Source: Blepharisma stoltei ATCC 30299
Lineage: Eukaryota > Protista > Ciliophora
DNA: 64,000 nt
Assembly: GCA_965603825.1 (NCBI GenBank)
Contig: CBFDEM010000052.1
Coordinates: forward strand, 496,001-560,000
Direction of reading: 5' to 3'
The notes under the pieces are model-generated. The model searched no databases, was not told the origin of the DNA, and worked only from the letters and a program-made list of their open reading frames with translations. Every line of letters starts with the position of its first letter. The first letter of the stretch is position 1. Made by a program: the position numbers and the translations under genes. Below, piece after piece: positions 36,064 to 46,225 of this stretch.

Positions 36064-37128
36064 TTAAAGCCTATTCACTGCTGTAGGATAAGAAGCATGC
36101 ATTTGGATGCCACAAACACCTGGCCCAGCCTTAATAGCGATTCTAATATATCCTTGCTCACCCCAGCTTGGCCCCCATGAGTTCTTAACAATCCAATAAT
36201 TAGGAGAACTAGTAAGATTATACCCCACAATCAGCACAGAATGATCCAAATTGGTTCCACAATTTGAAGTAATAACTCCTCCTTTATAATACTTCCAAAT
36301 TGCTTCATCAGCTTGCACATTCGCAGAAACTGGCTGCTGAGCCACTGCAGTTTCGACTCCAACTGTATCATTTGGATAAATATCAGTAAAATTGCTTATT
36401 TCAGCAACACTTTCTGAGACTAAACTGATTTTGCAGAGCCCGTTTTGAGCCATAAATGGATATTTTGTCTCTGAGGTGATTCCGTTCTTTATCATGTATT
36501 TATAAGCACTGTCAGTTGAGCCACCTTCACATCCTCTGTTGCCGAAATTCCTGGAGCAGTCAATGATTTCTTGTTCAGAAAGCTGGACTAGAGTCCCATT
36601 AAAAATTTTCCAAGCACCTTCTACAGCTCCTGTTGTGGCGAAGGCATAGGCGCAGCTACATCTTCCTTGGTTTTGGACTACAGTTACAGCACCTGATTGT
36701 CTCCAATCTACAGAGGATGGGAGTTTTAAGCTTTCAGAATTGGAATATTCTGGGTGATCCGAAAATTGCATAGGGCTAAGGTAATATTTTCTGAATTCTT
36801 CCATAGTCAAATCAGCAAATTCATTGACTCCAAGTACCCAGTCGCGATTTAAGGAGTTTTGGACTCTTATGAAGGCAAGGTTGTCTTGGAAGATTTGGAA
36901 ACGGATTTCGTATTCTTCTGGGGTGTATTCCTTGTTGTATTTTTGGATGAATTCTTGGAATTCACTTTCTTCAGATTGATATTGGTCAAGAAGTGATGGA
37001 GAAGCCCTTGAAGATTGCAAATAAGCAAAAGTTCCAATTAATCCAATGACTCCAATAGCTGCAATTATTGCAAGATTTCGCTTAAAAGTCGGATTTTCAC
37101 GCTTTGAGGAAGAGAGGAAGCCTTCCAT
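36064..37128 (-). CDS. Papain-family (C1A) cathepsin L-like protein with I29 prodomain; catalytic Cys position altered
   Basis: N-terminal signal/anchor, ERFNIN-like motif, GVNEFAD, LPSSVDWR, QGRCSCAYAF, LSEQEIIDC, LDHSVLIVGY, YWIVKNSWG; first ATG at 37128. Confidence 0.9.
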   Translation of the reverse strand: MEGFLSSSKRENPTFKRNLAIIAAIGVIGLIGTFAYLQSSRASPSLLDQYQSEESEFQEFIQKYNKEYTPEEYEIRFQIFQDNLAFIRVQNSLNRDWVLGVNEFADLTMEEFRKYYLSPMQFSDHPEYSNSESLKLPSSVDWRQSGAVTVVQNQGRCSCAYAFATTGAVEGAWKIFNGTLVQLSEQEIIDCSRNFGNRGCEGGSTDSAYKYMIKNGITSETKYPFMAQNGLCKISLVSESVAEISNFTDIYPNDTVGVETAVAQQPVSANVQADEAIWKYYKGGVITSNCGTNLDHSVLIVGYNLTSSPNYWIVKNSWGPSWGEQGYIRIAIKAGPGVCGIQMHASYPTAVNRL

Positions 37129-37438
37129 TTTATATTTATGTTCTCCAGTATGAAAAGCATGTGGATTAAGAATTGTTAATAAATTGCAATCCCAATACAA
37201 TTTCCAAATAATAGCTAGAAAGAACTTCTAAGATTGTTATGAATTTATTTTTCAACTGAAATTGGGTGAGTTATTTATAAAAATATGGATAAATTGGCCT
37301 TATTTTACTATGAGAATAGCTATTTTTATAGCAAACTATAAGATTTTAATCATAAATACCATTCTTTTATTATTCCCTCAACAGCTTATTTAATCTTAAT
37401 CACATTAAATCTTTCTTGCTATCTATGCATATTAAATA

Positions 37439-38899
37439 TTAAACAGACGAAGAAGGCGCAGTTTCCTCATAAATATTCAATTTTTTCCTCACAATTTCAG
37501 GACCTCCTCCATATATTTTTATATACAACTTCCACACATTTTCATTAACTCCTCTATAATGGGCAACTGGCTTCAATTTCGCCTTAATATCAGCCGGATT
37601 TTCAGGATTTACAAATAACTTATTATTTGTAATAGGACCAGGTGGGAGGACTCCAAGTTTGTCATTTAGAGAAACATATCTGGAGCTTCGTGTTGGCTTA
37701 TTAAATATAAAATTTTTCCAATCTGCGACCCAGTCAGCGTTTATTATATACCAAATTCCTTGGTCTTCTGCTTGGACATCAAGGCCGCTTATCATTTCTA
37801 GCTCAACTTCTCTCCGTTTCTGAATTTCAATGATTTCTTGCTGAGTGGCATTATTTGGGTTATTAATAATATTAGGGTAACTTTCTATTGGGCGGAAAAA
37901 TTCACAATTTGTGCACAGAATTTCGCCGTCTGGGATTTTTCCTGAGCATTTTGGACAATTTCAGGTGAATTTTTGTTCTTGTTTGAATTTGAAGGAAAAA
38001 GAGTTTTGAATAATTTCTTCAAAAGTTCGAAGCGAAGCAGGGTCGAAGTGGATACTGGTGTTTACAAATTGGGAAGAAAGCTCAGGCAATGGGGATTCTG
38101 AACCTTCTACAAGTTTTAGTACTTCTTTATAAGACTTAACTAACTCTCCATCATTTTTCTCCATAAGTGAAGTTAGATTTTCTGTTAGTTTCTCAATGGT
38201 TTCAGAGCTTTTGCTGATTAAATCTACAGTGACTTTATTTTCTTGCTCATTTCTAGATATAAAATTTTGTAATTTAATTTTTGATGAAACTGCAATTTGA
38301 TTTAGATTGATTTTTAATGCTTGAAAATGTTCTTCAAACTGTTGCATTAATCCTTGTGATTTATTAGTGAAATTTTCAAATTTTTGCCCAAAAAATTTTT
38401 CTTTCTTTTTCTGTAGCACTTCTTTTGTTTTTTTCAAATCTTCCCTCGCCTTTTCGACAACTTGTGGAAAAGGATGAACTAGCAGCTTATAGGAGGAAAT
38501 TTCTTCTATACATGTATCGCAAAGCAAGCTAAATGGTTTGGCTGTATATGAGTGGATCAAGAGCCCATGCTCCTGACATTTCATTCCGTATCGGAATTCT
38601 CTATTTGACCCCAATTTTTTGGTTCTTCGGACTATAGGTGTATGATTAGAATTGAGGAGGCTTAGAAGGGTAAAATTCTGAGGAAGGGACTCGATACATC
38701 GGAGATTAAATTCTAAGTCGCTCTCATTTGGATGCTTAGATATAGTAAAAATATGAGGATTTGTACAACTTGGGCAGGAAATCTGAGAATTACGGCACAG
38801 TTGATGGATACAGGCTTGACAGAAACTGTGGCCGCATTTAAGGATTTTAGGAATTGTAGCTTCTAAGCTCCAATTGTTAAGACATACAGGGCACTCCAT
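37439..38899 (-). CDS. RING / B-box-like / coiled-coil / RanBP2-like zinc finger / DUSP-domain protein
   Basis: MECPVC..PKILKCGHSFCQAC..CPSC; CQEH..LLCDTC; TGA 37961 gives W-NCPKC..CTNC..RP; WYIINADWVADWKNFI..PPGPITN..VWKLYIKIYGGGPEI is DUSP-like. Confidence 0.82.
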
Positions 38900-38976
38900 T
38901 TTCACGAAAATAATAGGAAAGTAAAGTAATTTTCTGCTTATTTCAAATTATGTTGTTTTAAAAATATTTATTAGAT

Positions 38977-39105
38977 GGACTTGGTAGCCTAGCATTTTGG
39001 GATAAAGCAACTCCCCAGATAGAGCTTTACCATTTAGTTTGATTTACCAAAAGATGTAGGTTTAGCTAAGTCCCGGCGATACTAGGCTCAGGATTAAATT
39101 TTTTT
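38977..39105 (+). ncRNA. Candidate structured RNA (nested stems followed by a T-run); family not recognised
   Basis: Hand-found pairings GGACTTGGT/GCTAAGTCC, AGCCTA/TAGGTT, CATTTTGG/CCAAAAGATG and TAAAGC/GCTTTA; no convincing ORF. Confidence 0.25.
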
Positions 39106-39854
39106 CTCTTAGATCCAAATAACTCTTTGAATTAAATTTTATAGTTTTAATTTAAATGCAACAATAAAATTTAATCGATCATCATATTATATTCAAAAGT
39201 GGAATGCGAAATGGAGTTATATCACATCAATCGGTACATCATCAAATACTCAATATTTAATGAATAAATGCACTCTCAGAACTGGCACAGTGACACGGAT
39301 TCTGAATTTTGAAAGCCAAAGCGGAATGCTTATATTGACTAAGCAGTTAATTGAAACGCCCCTCAGTGAAAAGTTAGAGAATTTGATTAGTAGTTTCAGT
39401 TAGAATTTATCTGAAAATTATCAAACTTTATTAGGCACTTATAGAAATCAAATAAATTCCCAATACCCAAAAAGGGAGGATATAATTTACAAAAAAGGAG
39501 TTCTACATCTAAGAGCTAATCAAGAAACTGCTCGGTGAAAAATTAGATAATTTGATCAGGTTGTTTTAGTTAAAATATCTCTAAAAAATAATAAACTTTA
39601 ATTAGAAATTGTGCAAAAACAAAAAGCAAATAATAAAAAGGGAGGGAAAGGAACTCGGCATCTTAGCAGCTAATTAAGACACCCCTCGGTTGAAATTTTA
39701 TAGAATTCAATTAGAAACTTCTAGTTAATTATCTCTTAAAAATATTAGACTCTATAAAAATTGTCTAAAAATCAGGATTTAATTGTAACTACTAGAGAAA
39801 ATAATTTACTTTCGATATTCTAGCTAACACTAACAAGTAAAATAAGATTTTTAA

Positions 39855-42476
39855 TTACTCGCAAGGGCATAATCCCATAACCAAATCATCTGATACTTCA
39901 CAAGACAACATTTTCGGTTCTACATAATAAAAAATTCGTTCTTGATCAAATCCTAGCACATTCCCAGAAGAATACTGCTCAATTTGCAAATCTTTAAATA
40001 CTGTCCTTGCCCCATTTTTATATAAATAATAAGAATTGTCTTCATATCACGGTTCATTCCACATATCAATAGAATTCAGCATTTGCAGCCCCCAAAGCTG
40101 GCAATTTTTTTTAATTTCTTTACAAGTATCAGCACATGAAACTCCATATTCAGAAACAGCCAATGTCAGCCTTTCCCTAAGCCTATCATACATCTGTAGC
40201 ATCGGTTGATTAAATAGTCTTTTATTAAACATATCAGGGATTTTACAAATACAATTTTCAGCATTAATTTCTATTTCCTTCGCGATTTCTACACAAAATG
40301 ATAAGGGAGCGTTTTTTCTTATCACACTTATTAATTCTATGATATATTTTTGTGAAGTTAACTCGTCTTTGTCGAAAAATTTTGTGGGTTTGTCGTCAAA
40401 ATCGAATGGAAGTCTTTCAATTTTCTCAATAATTCCTATTATTTCGAAAACTGTGTCAGGGTCTTGTTTTAGATTCATGTCGAATTTATATTGGATTTTT
40501 TGTGGAGAAATAGTCAATTCTTTTCCGTGCCAAATTTTATAAAAATTTAACTCTTTACAAAATTCTCTGGCTGGCTGGTGCTCTGTATGCTTATTTAGAT
40601 ATTTTATGGCAAATCCTGCAAGCATAGACAAGTAATTCTGCTTTTTAAAGTCTTCTGGGTATATATCAGTATACACACTGCATAAGCAAAATTCAGGGCT
40701 TATTCCTAAATCATCACAAGTTGTGCTATCTGGAGTTTTTTCTAATAAAAGACTGTGTGAGCTTGACGGTAATTTTGATTTCCATTCAATATAAAGGCTA
40801 CTATCTTTACTAATATCCTCATATTGTGATACAGCTAAATGCTTCATCGTCAAATACCAGTCAATTCTTGAGGTAATCCTATCACTATTATGCTTTAATA
40901 TTTCATCAGCCTTGAGCCTTTCTATTAGCCTTTTATTTGCAAATAATAAATGCATAGGTAAAAATAATTCATATCTTTTTTCCTCTACATCAGTTAATTT
41001 TGCTGATTTTCCATGGTCGCCTAATACAAATAAAGCTAAATCTTCTCCATTATTTTTATGTAAATTAAACATTTTTTCTAAAAATTCTTTTAAATCAGGG
41101 TCTACAGTCCTAATAACAGTTCCTGTGTCTTCATGACCAGGGGAAATATGAGCATATGCAAATTTATTTGTTTTTTCATAATTTTTTACGAATTGTAATA
41201 AATAATCCATCATGTAATAATGGGCGTTATGATTATCAAAACATTGCTGCTTTGTAGACCAGTCTTTGTAATAAAATACTCTTTCAGCAAAAAGCCAAAA
41301 ATTCGTTAAAATGTGATCAGTAAGGACAGACCGGCTTGTCACTTTGGAGAGGAAATCGTAAATTGTGTCAAAACCAAAAAACGTCACAAAGCCTTGGTTT
41401 CTGAAAAAAGTCCATAATGCGTGGCTTTCTTGCAGCTGCCCGTAAATTGTGGAATCTTCGTTTCGTTTGTAGCTTCATCCTTCAGTTAATTTTTCATGTG
41501 TAGTTAAATTGTGTCCATACATTATTGGGACGATATTAGAAATTGTAGTATTTCCATGGGCATGATTAAATTTGAAATCATAGCCTATAAAATCCTCGCT
41601 ATATTTTCCATTAACTAAATTTTCATTTAGAAATTTTACTGTAAGAGGAAAATTCCTATAAAAATGTTCACGTGACACAGAGTCCATAATGAGCATAATA
41701 ACAGTTATCGCCCTAGTATCACTCAAATTTTTTTGTGTTAAAATTTCTTTTTTTCTATTATTTGCCCTATTTTTGAATTCATCTTTTGGCCTATTAGCAA
41801 GAATTGTTTGTGTTTTTGAGCCACATTTCCCAAATGCATATTCAATATCTTCTAGCTTTACAGGATTAAAATAATCAAACCACAAAAAGAAAATACTGTG
41901 CCTCCCTAATTCTTCTTCAAAAGGGTAGCTTCCTAATGCATATTTAGGGCTATCTGAGCAGTTCATAACAAGCTGGCTATATATTTTTTACTTATTTTCA
42001 TTTATATATATAAAAGGTGTTGATTCTGGGCATGGGCTGAAAGAAATGCTGGGGTCATAGACGGCGTCGGCTTGGGATTTGGAAAATCCGAATTTCTCAG
42101 GCCAGCATTTGAGGTTTTTGGAATTTACGCTTATTTTTTGAGAAAAAGGTGGAGTTTTCATAAGGAATTTTTGCGTAGGATCTGGTGAATCATTTTCTAT
42201 TAAATTAAGAGGGTATGATGGTTCAATAGGATTATCTTTTTTTATTGCATTTTTATTATTTTCAAGTATTTCATCAGCTTTTTCTTTCTGTTCTTGTATA
42301 TAAGTCCAGTTTTTGGTCAAAACATACTTCTGAAAACTAAATTCAGCTTTATTATCATCAAAATTTCCATAAGTAAAGACAATAAAGCTCACAATAAAAA
42401 TCGCAAATATTGTAAAAATCACAGCCATAGCTTTTCTTTCGATCCAGCTCCCTCTTCTTTTTCCCTCTGTATGCAT
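39855..42476 (-). CDS. DUF229-family type II membrane protein (alkaline phosphatase/sulfatase superfamily)
   Basis: N-terminal TM; IMDSVSREHFYRNFPLT, GHED, VD..L, LGDHG, YELFLP, C..LGI..FCLC; intron 41977-41991; TGA at 41475 and 40047; ends LCPCE-TAA. Confidence 0.8.
41977..41991 (-). other. 15-nt spliceosomal intron
   Basis: GTAAAAAATATATAG. Confidence 0.82.
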
Positions 42477-42557
42477 TTATTATAAACTCAAAATGGTATT
42501 ATTCTTGAAAATTTACATAAAAATTCTTTTAATAATTTTTTATTTTTATATCTAATT

Positions 42558-44576
42558 TTAACTACTCTGAGCTTGGTTATGCTGCTGTTGTCTTCTCAAT
42601 ATTTCCTGCTGTCTAAACTCTTCACTTCTTACCTCAAATCTTTCTGCAAAATAGCTAACCCTTTCTTCTTCTTTGCACCAAAACTCATAAATTGTTTTCT
42701 TTTCTCTTTCCACATCTTTTGAAGCATGTCTATGTATCTCAATAATGTGGACATTTCCTTTAATATCCCCAGTCGCCAATATTTGGTTATGGGTTTTCTT
42801 TAAATTCAAAAACGTCATAGTCGAAATTCTTTGCCCGGAAATATTGTGATATAAGGACTCCTTATGAGATTGGTCTAAAAAGTCCCAGACATCAATTCTT
42901 CCATCAGCTCTGCCAATAAAAAGCATAGCTGGACGCATAGGTGACCATGCTCCGCAGGTTAAATAAGTAGCATGGTAATAAGATTGGAAAATAGGGATAT
43001 CACAAGAGTCTTTCCAAATAGTAAAATGAAAATCATGGACTGTAAGTACAATATCAGAGAAAAATGGGGAAACTTGTAGGGATAGAGCAGGTCTATACGA
43101 AACATCTCCGAAATAGATTTTTTTGACGTATTCTGGACGGCCTTCATCAATAGCTCTGGCAAGCCAATCTACTCTTAATAAATCTCCAGAGTCACTTGTA
43201 GCCCAAAACTGGGTGTCTTTTTGACTTGGGGAAATCCAAATCCCTGAGCCTCCTATGTCGTTTCGGTTATCTGGACGAGTTAACTGGACTTTTAATAGTG
43301 GCTGCCATTGGTAATCAGCGTTTTTTAAAGGGTTTTTATCTAATGGAAAATTTGTTTCCCAGAATAAAATCAGCCCATCTTCTGAAAGAGTTGCAATTTG
43401 AGTGACATCTTGGGGGTCTGGAAGGAGGAGGAAATGATTTTTCCTTTCAATTTTTACTTGGGTGGGGAGCCAGCATAAGCTTCGGACTGGGCCTTTGTGG
43501 GAATCAAAAATACCTGAGGACGTCAATAGGTTTAGTTCAGGTGCTTCATGCTGCTTGGGGAGCATATCTCTTCTGCTTTTATCATTTACTAATTTAGTAT
43601 CCCATATTACCACAGTCCCTGATATAGTCCCACCTACAATAATATTTGTCTTATTAGGATTAAACCTAAAACAAGTGATTTCTAAAGGTGCTTTTAGTAC
43701 CATAATGATACTATTAAACTCTGCAAAGCTCCATATCATAACAGTCCCAATAATATTGCTGCCTGACTTCTCAACCCTTTCAGAAAAATCGAAATTTTCT
43801 ACACAGCAAGCTGCAATCACATTATCTTTTCCAGGCTCCCACTGTATATCAGTGATAGTTTTTTCTCTTGTGAAATCTAAATTATAAAAAGTTCTAGTCT
43901 CAGTCATTAAATTTGCTAAATTTCCTCCTGACCCGCCTGATTCTCCTTCTTTGTCTCCTAAAATTTCGAATTCATCATGAAAAACATCAATGGTTTCATT
44001 AGACTGCAAAGCTTCTTCAATTTTTACCTCGACATTTCTAATAAAATGTTCAAGTTTTGGGGCTTCAGTGACATCTTCGATTTTGTCTATCAAAGTCATG
44101 TGTTCGTCATAGAAGTCTTCTTTACTGTAAATTGACGTCTTCTGTGAAGAAATGAAGTAATTGCTTTGGAAACCTCTCCCCTTTGGCTGAGGAAGCAGCT
44201 TGATACCACAGCCTGCTTGTAGCCCGATTTCAAGTGTTAATTTGTAGTTTTCTTTTTTGAAGTTAGGATCGCGCATATGCATGATCTCTAGAGGCTGGGC
44301 TGATTCTGTGGTCGAAAACTTGGTCATGATTTGGCCATAGTACCTTCTTTTCTTAGCTATTTTTAAGCTGAGCAAAGGCCGCGTTGCTGGGACAGTAAGA
44401 CTTTTTACCTCGTCTTCGGTTTCTTGGATGGTTTTACTTTCATATGGTTTTGGCTCAATGTCTTTAATTTCAAACTGTTTTGAGTTGTCTTCTTCCTCTT
44501 CTTCTGCACTAGAACTTTCATCGACTTCTTGATCAGTCACTTCTTCAGACTTTTCTGATTCAACTTCAGGGTCCAT
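42558..44576 (-). CDS. DNAI3: Axonemal dynein intermediate chain, WDR63/IC140-like
   Basis: IEEALQSNETIDVFHDEF, FRFNP..IIVGG..GTVVIWD, SPFFSDIVLTV, WSPMRPAMLF..DGRIDVWDF, EEERVSY. Confidence 0.82.
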   Translation of the reverse strand: MDPEVESEKSEEVTDQEVDESSSAEEEEEDNSKQFEIKDIEPKPYESKTIQETEDEVKSLTVPATRPLLSLKIAKKRRYYGQIMTKFSTTESAQPLEIMHMRDPNFKKENYKLTLEIGLQAGCGIKLLPQPKGRGFQSNYFISSQKTSIYSKEDFYDEHMTLIDKIEDVTEAPKLEHFIRNVEVKIEEALQSNETIDVFHDEFEILGDKEGESGGSGGNLANLMTETRTFYNLDFTREKTITDIQWEPGKDNVIAACCVENFDFSERVEKSGSNIIGTVMIWSFAEFNSIIMVLKAPLEITCFRFNPNKTNIIVGGTISGTVVIWDTKLVNDKSRRDMLPKQHEAPELNLLTSSGIFDSHKGPVRSLCWLPTQVKIERKNHFLLLPDPQDVTQIATLSEDGLILFWETNFPLDKNPLKNADYQWQPLLKVQLTRPDNRNDIGGSGIWISPSQKDTQFWATSDSGDLLRVDWLARAIDEGRPEYVKKIYFGDVSYRPALSLQVSPFFSDIVLTVHDFHFTIWKDSCDIPIFQSYYHATYLTCGAWSPMRPAMLFIGRADGRIDVWDFLDQSHKESLYHNISGQRISTMTFLNLKKTHNQILATGDIKGNVHIIEIHRHASKDVEREKKTIYEFWCKEEERVSYFAERFEVRSEEFRQQEILRRQQQHNQAQSS

Positions 44577-45201
44577 TTTGGCAATAATTATCTATTAAAT
44601 GTATAAATTGATATTTTTGTATTAGGTGTTAAAATTGAAATATATAATTTATAATTTTAATTGCTAAAAATATTGAGAAAATTAGGATAAGTGAATAAAA
44701 AAATTTATATGAGAGATTTAAATAGACATTAAATAGGAAATTTGATTTCGAGAAGGTTTTAAAGTAATAGACAAAGAAAAAAGAGAGTTTTTATATTATT
44801 GCAATATTGTCGTTTACCAAACATTTTAATGGAAAATATGTTAATCAATGTCAAAAATATGGTTTAAGTAAACCATATCTTCTTCATTTCTTTGAGGGCA
44901 GTTTTAGCTGAACAGTTAGTAATCTTAGATGTTTAAAATTATATAAATCTTATTATTTCGACTTATTTTGGCTTTATAGCTGCTCATTGCTAAATAGGTA
45001 CTTAATAAAGTCCTACTTTATCTGATTTCTATAATGCTGAAAATTATAAAAAGCCATCCACAAGCCTACAAGCATCCTTCAAAACGAAAAATCTACCTTT
45101 TTCTTTAATTTCGCTTATTTTTCAAGCTTTCTTATGCAATAACTCCCATCATCAAAAATACCCTATTACGTTTGCATATCTAAAAAGCTGATATATAAGA
45201 A

Positions 45202-46191
45202 ATGGCTGCGAATTCTTCAAAACCATCTCAGGAAGTGCCTCTCGATACCCCAAAGCACATTCATACAGTGCCTATTCCAATACCTATTACTTCAGACGAT
45301 GAAAAATTCTGGCATCTTCTTACAGGAGTAATCTTAATTTAGGGCATCTCTGGTGCAGTCTCCCGTACAGCGACATCCCCATTAGAAAGATTAAAAATTC
45401 TAAGGCAGTGCTCTACTCCAGAGTACGAAGGCCTTAATTTCTTTCGAGCTATGATAAAATTTCATAAGCTCGAAGGCTTTAGAGGCTATTTTAAAGGAAA
45501 TGGGTCAAATGTATTAAAAATCGTCCCATTTTCAGCATTGGAGTTTTATACATTCGAAATGGCGAAAACTCATATTGTCCCTCATGATAAGCCACGTCAC
45601 AAAGGCTGGCTTCTCTTCAGTGGCTCACTCTCTGGGATAGTTGCTCAGATCGCTACCTATCCTTTAGATCTCGTAAGGACAATCTTATCAATAAAAACTG
45701 ACCAAGGCCATAAAATTTTCCCTGAACTTAAAAAAGTTTACCAAAATAAAGGGTTTACAGGCTTATATACAGGTTTAAATATGTCATTATTGGTAAATTT
45801 CACATAGGGAATCGCTCCTTTTATTGGTTTCAAAATGGCAACTTTTGATGTTCTTAAAGCCAGATATTTACCAGACCCTAAAAACAGCAATTTTATGATA
45901 ATGAATTTAATATTAGGAGGCCTGGCAGGAGGCATTGCGATGGTTTTGACGTATCCGACTGATTTAATTAGAAGAAAAATCCAATTATGTGTACATTTTA
46001 TATAGGCATTTTTCCCTTCTAAAGATATTCCGTATAGAACTATTGCGCAATGCTGCAGACATATATGGAATACTGAAGGATATTATGGCTTTTATAGAGG
46101 AATGGTTCCTAGCTTTGTAAAAGTTATCCCATCCATGGCGATTGTATTTGCTACGAATGAGCAGCTTAAGCATTGGATGCACGTTAAGTAG
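45202..46191 (+). CDS. Mitochondrial carrier (SLC25), CoA/adenine-nucleotide subfamily-like
   Basis: Three Px(D/E)xx(K/R) motifs (PLERLK, PLDLVR, PTDLIR); FKGNGSNVLKIVPFSA; introns 45328-45342, 45793-45807 and 45991-46005; ends TAG. Confidence 0.92.
45328..45342 (+). other. 15-nt spliceosomal intron
   Basis: GTAATCTTAATTTAG; splicing gives LLTG|GISGAVSRT. Confidence 0.9.
45793..45807 (+). other. 15-nt spliceosomal intron
   Basis: GTAAATTTCACATAG; splicing gives SLL|GIAPF. Confidence 0.9.
45991..46005 (+). other. 15-nt spliceosomal intron
   Basis: GTACATTTTATATAG. Confidence 0.88.
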
Positions 46192-46225
46192 TCTATTTAA
46201 TTAGTACCAAATTATTCTTAGTAAT

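Noticed and set aside
38977-39090. HDV-like ribozyme or telomerase RNA identity for the structured element
   Set aside because: The segment between the P2-like and P1-like strands is far longer than an HDV P3/L3, and I see no telomeric template
12076-41991. Identical introns GTAAAAAATATATAG in TTC5 and the DUF229 gene as evidence of intron mobility
   Set aside because: Only about nine free, AT-biased positions, so coincidence is plausible; no shared flanks
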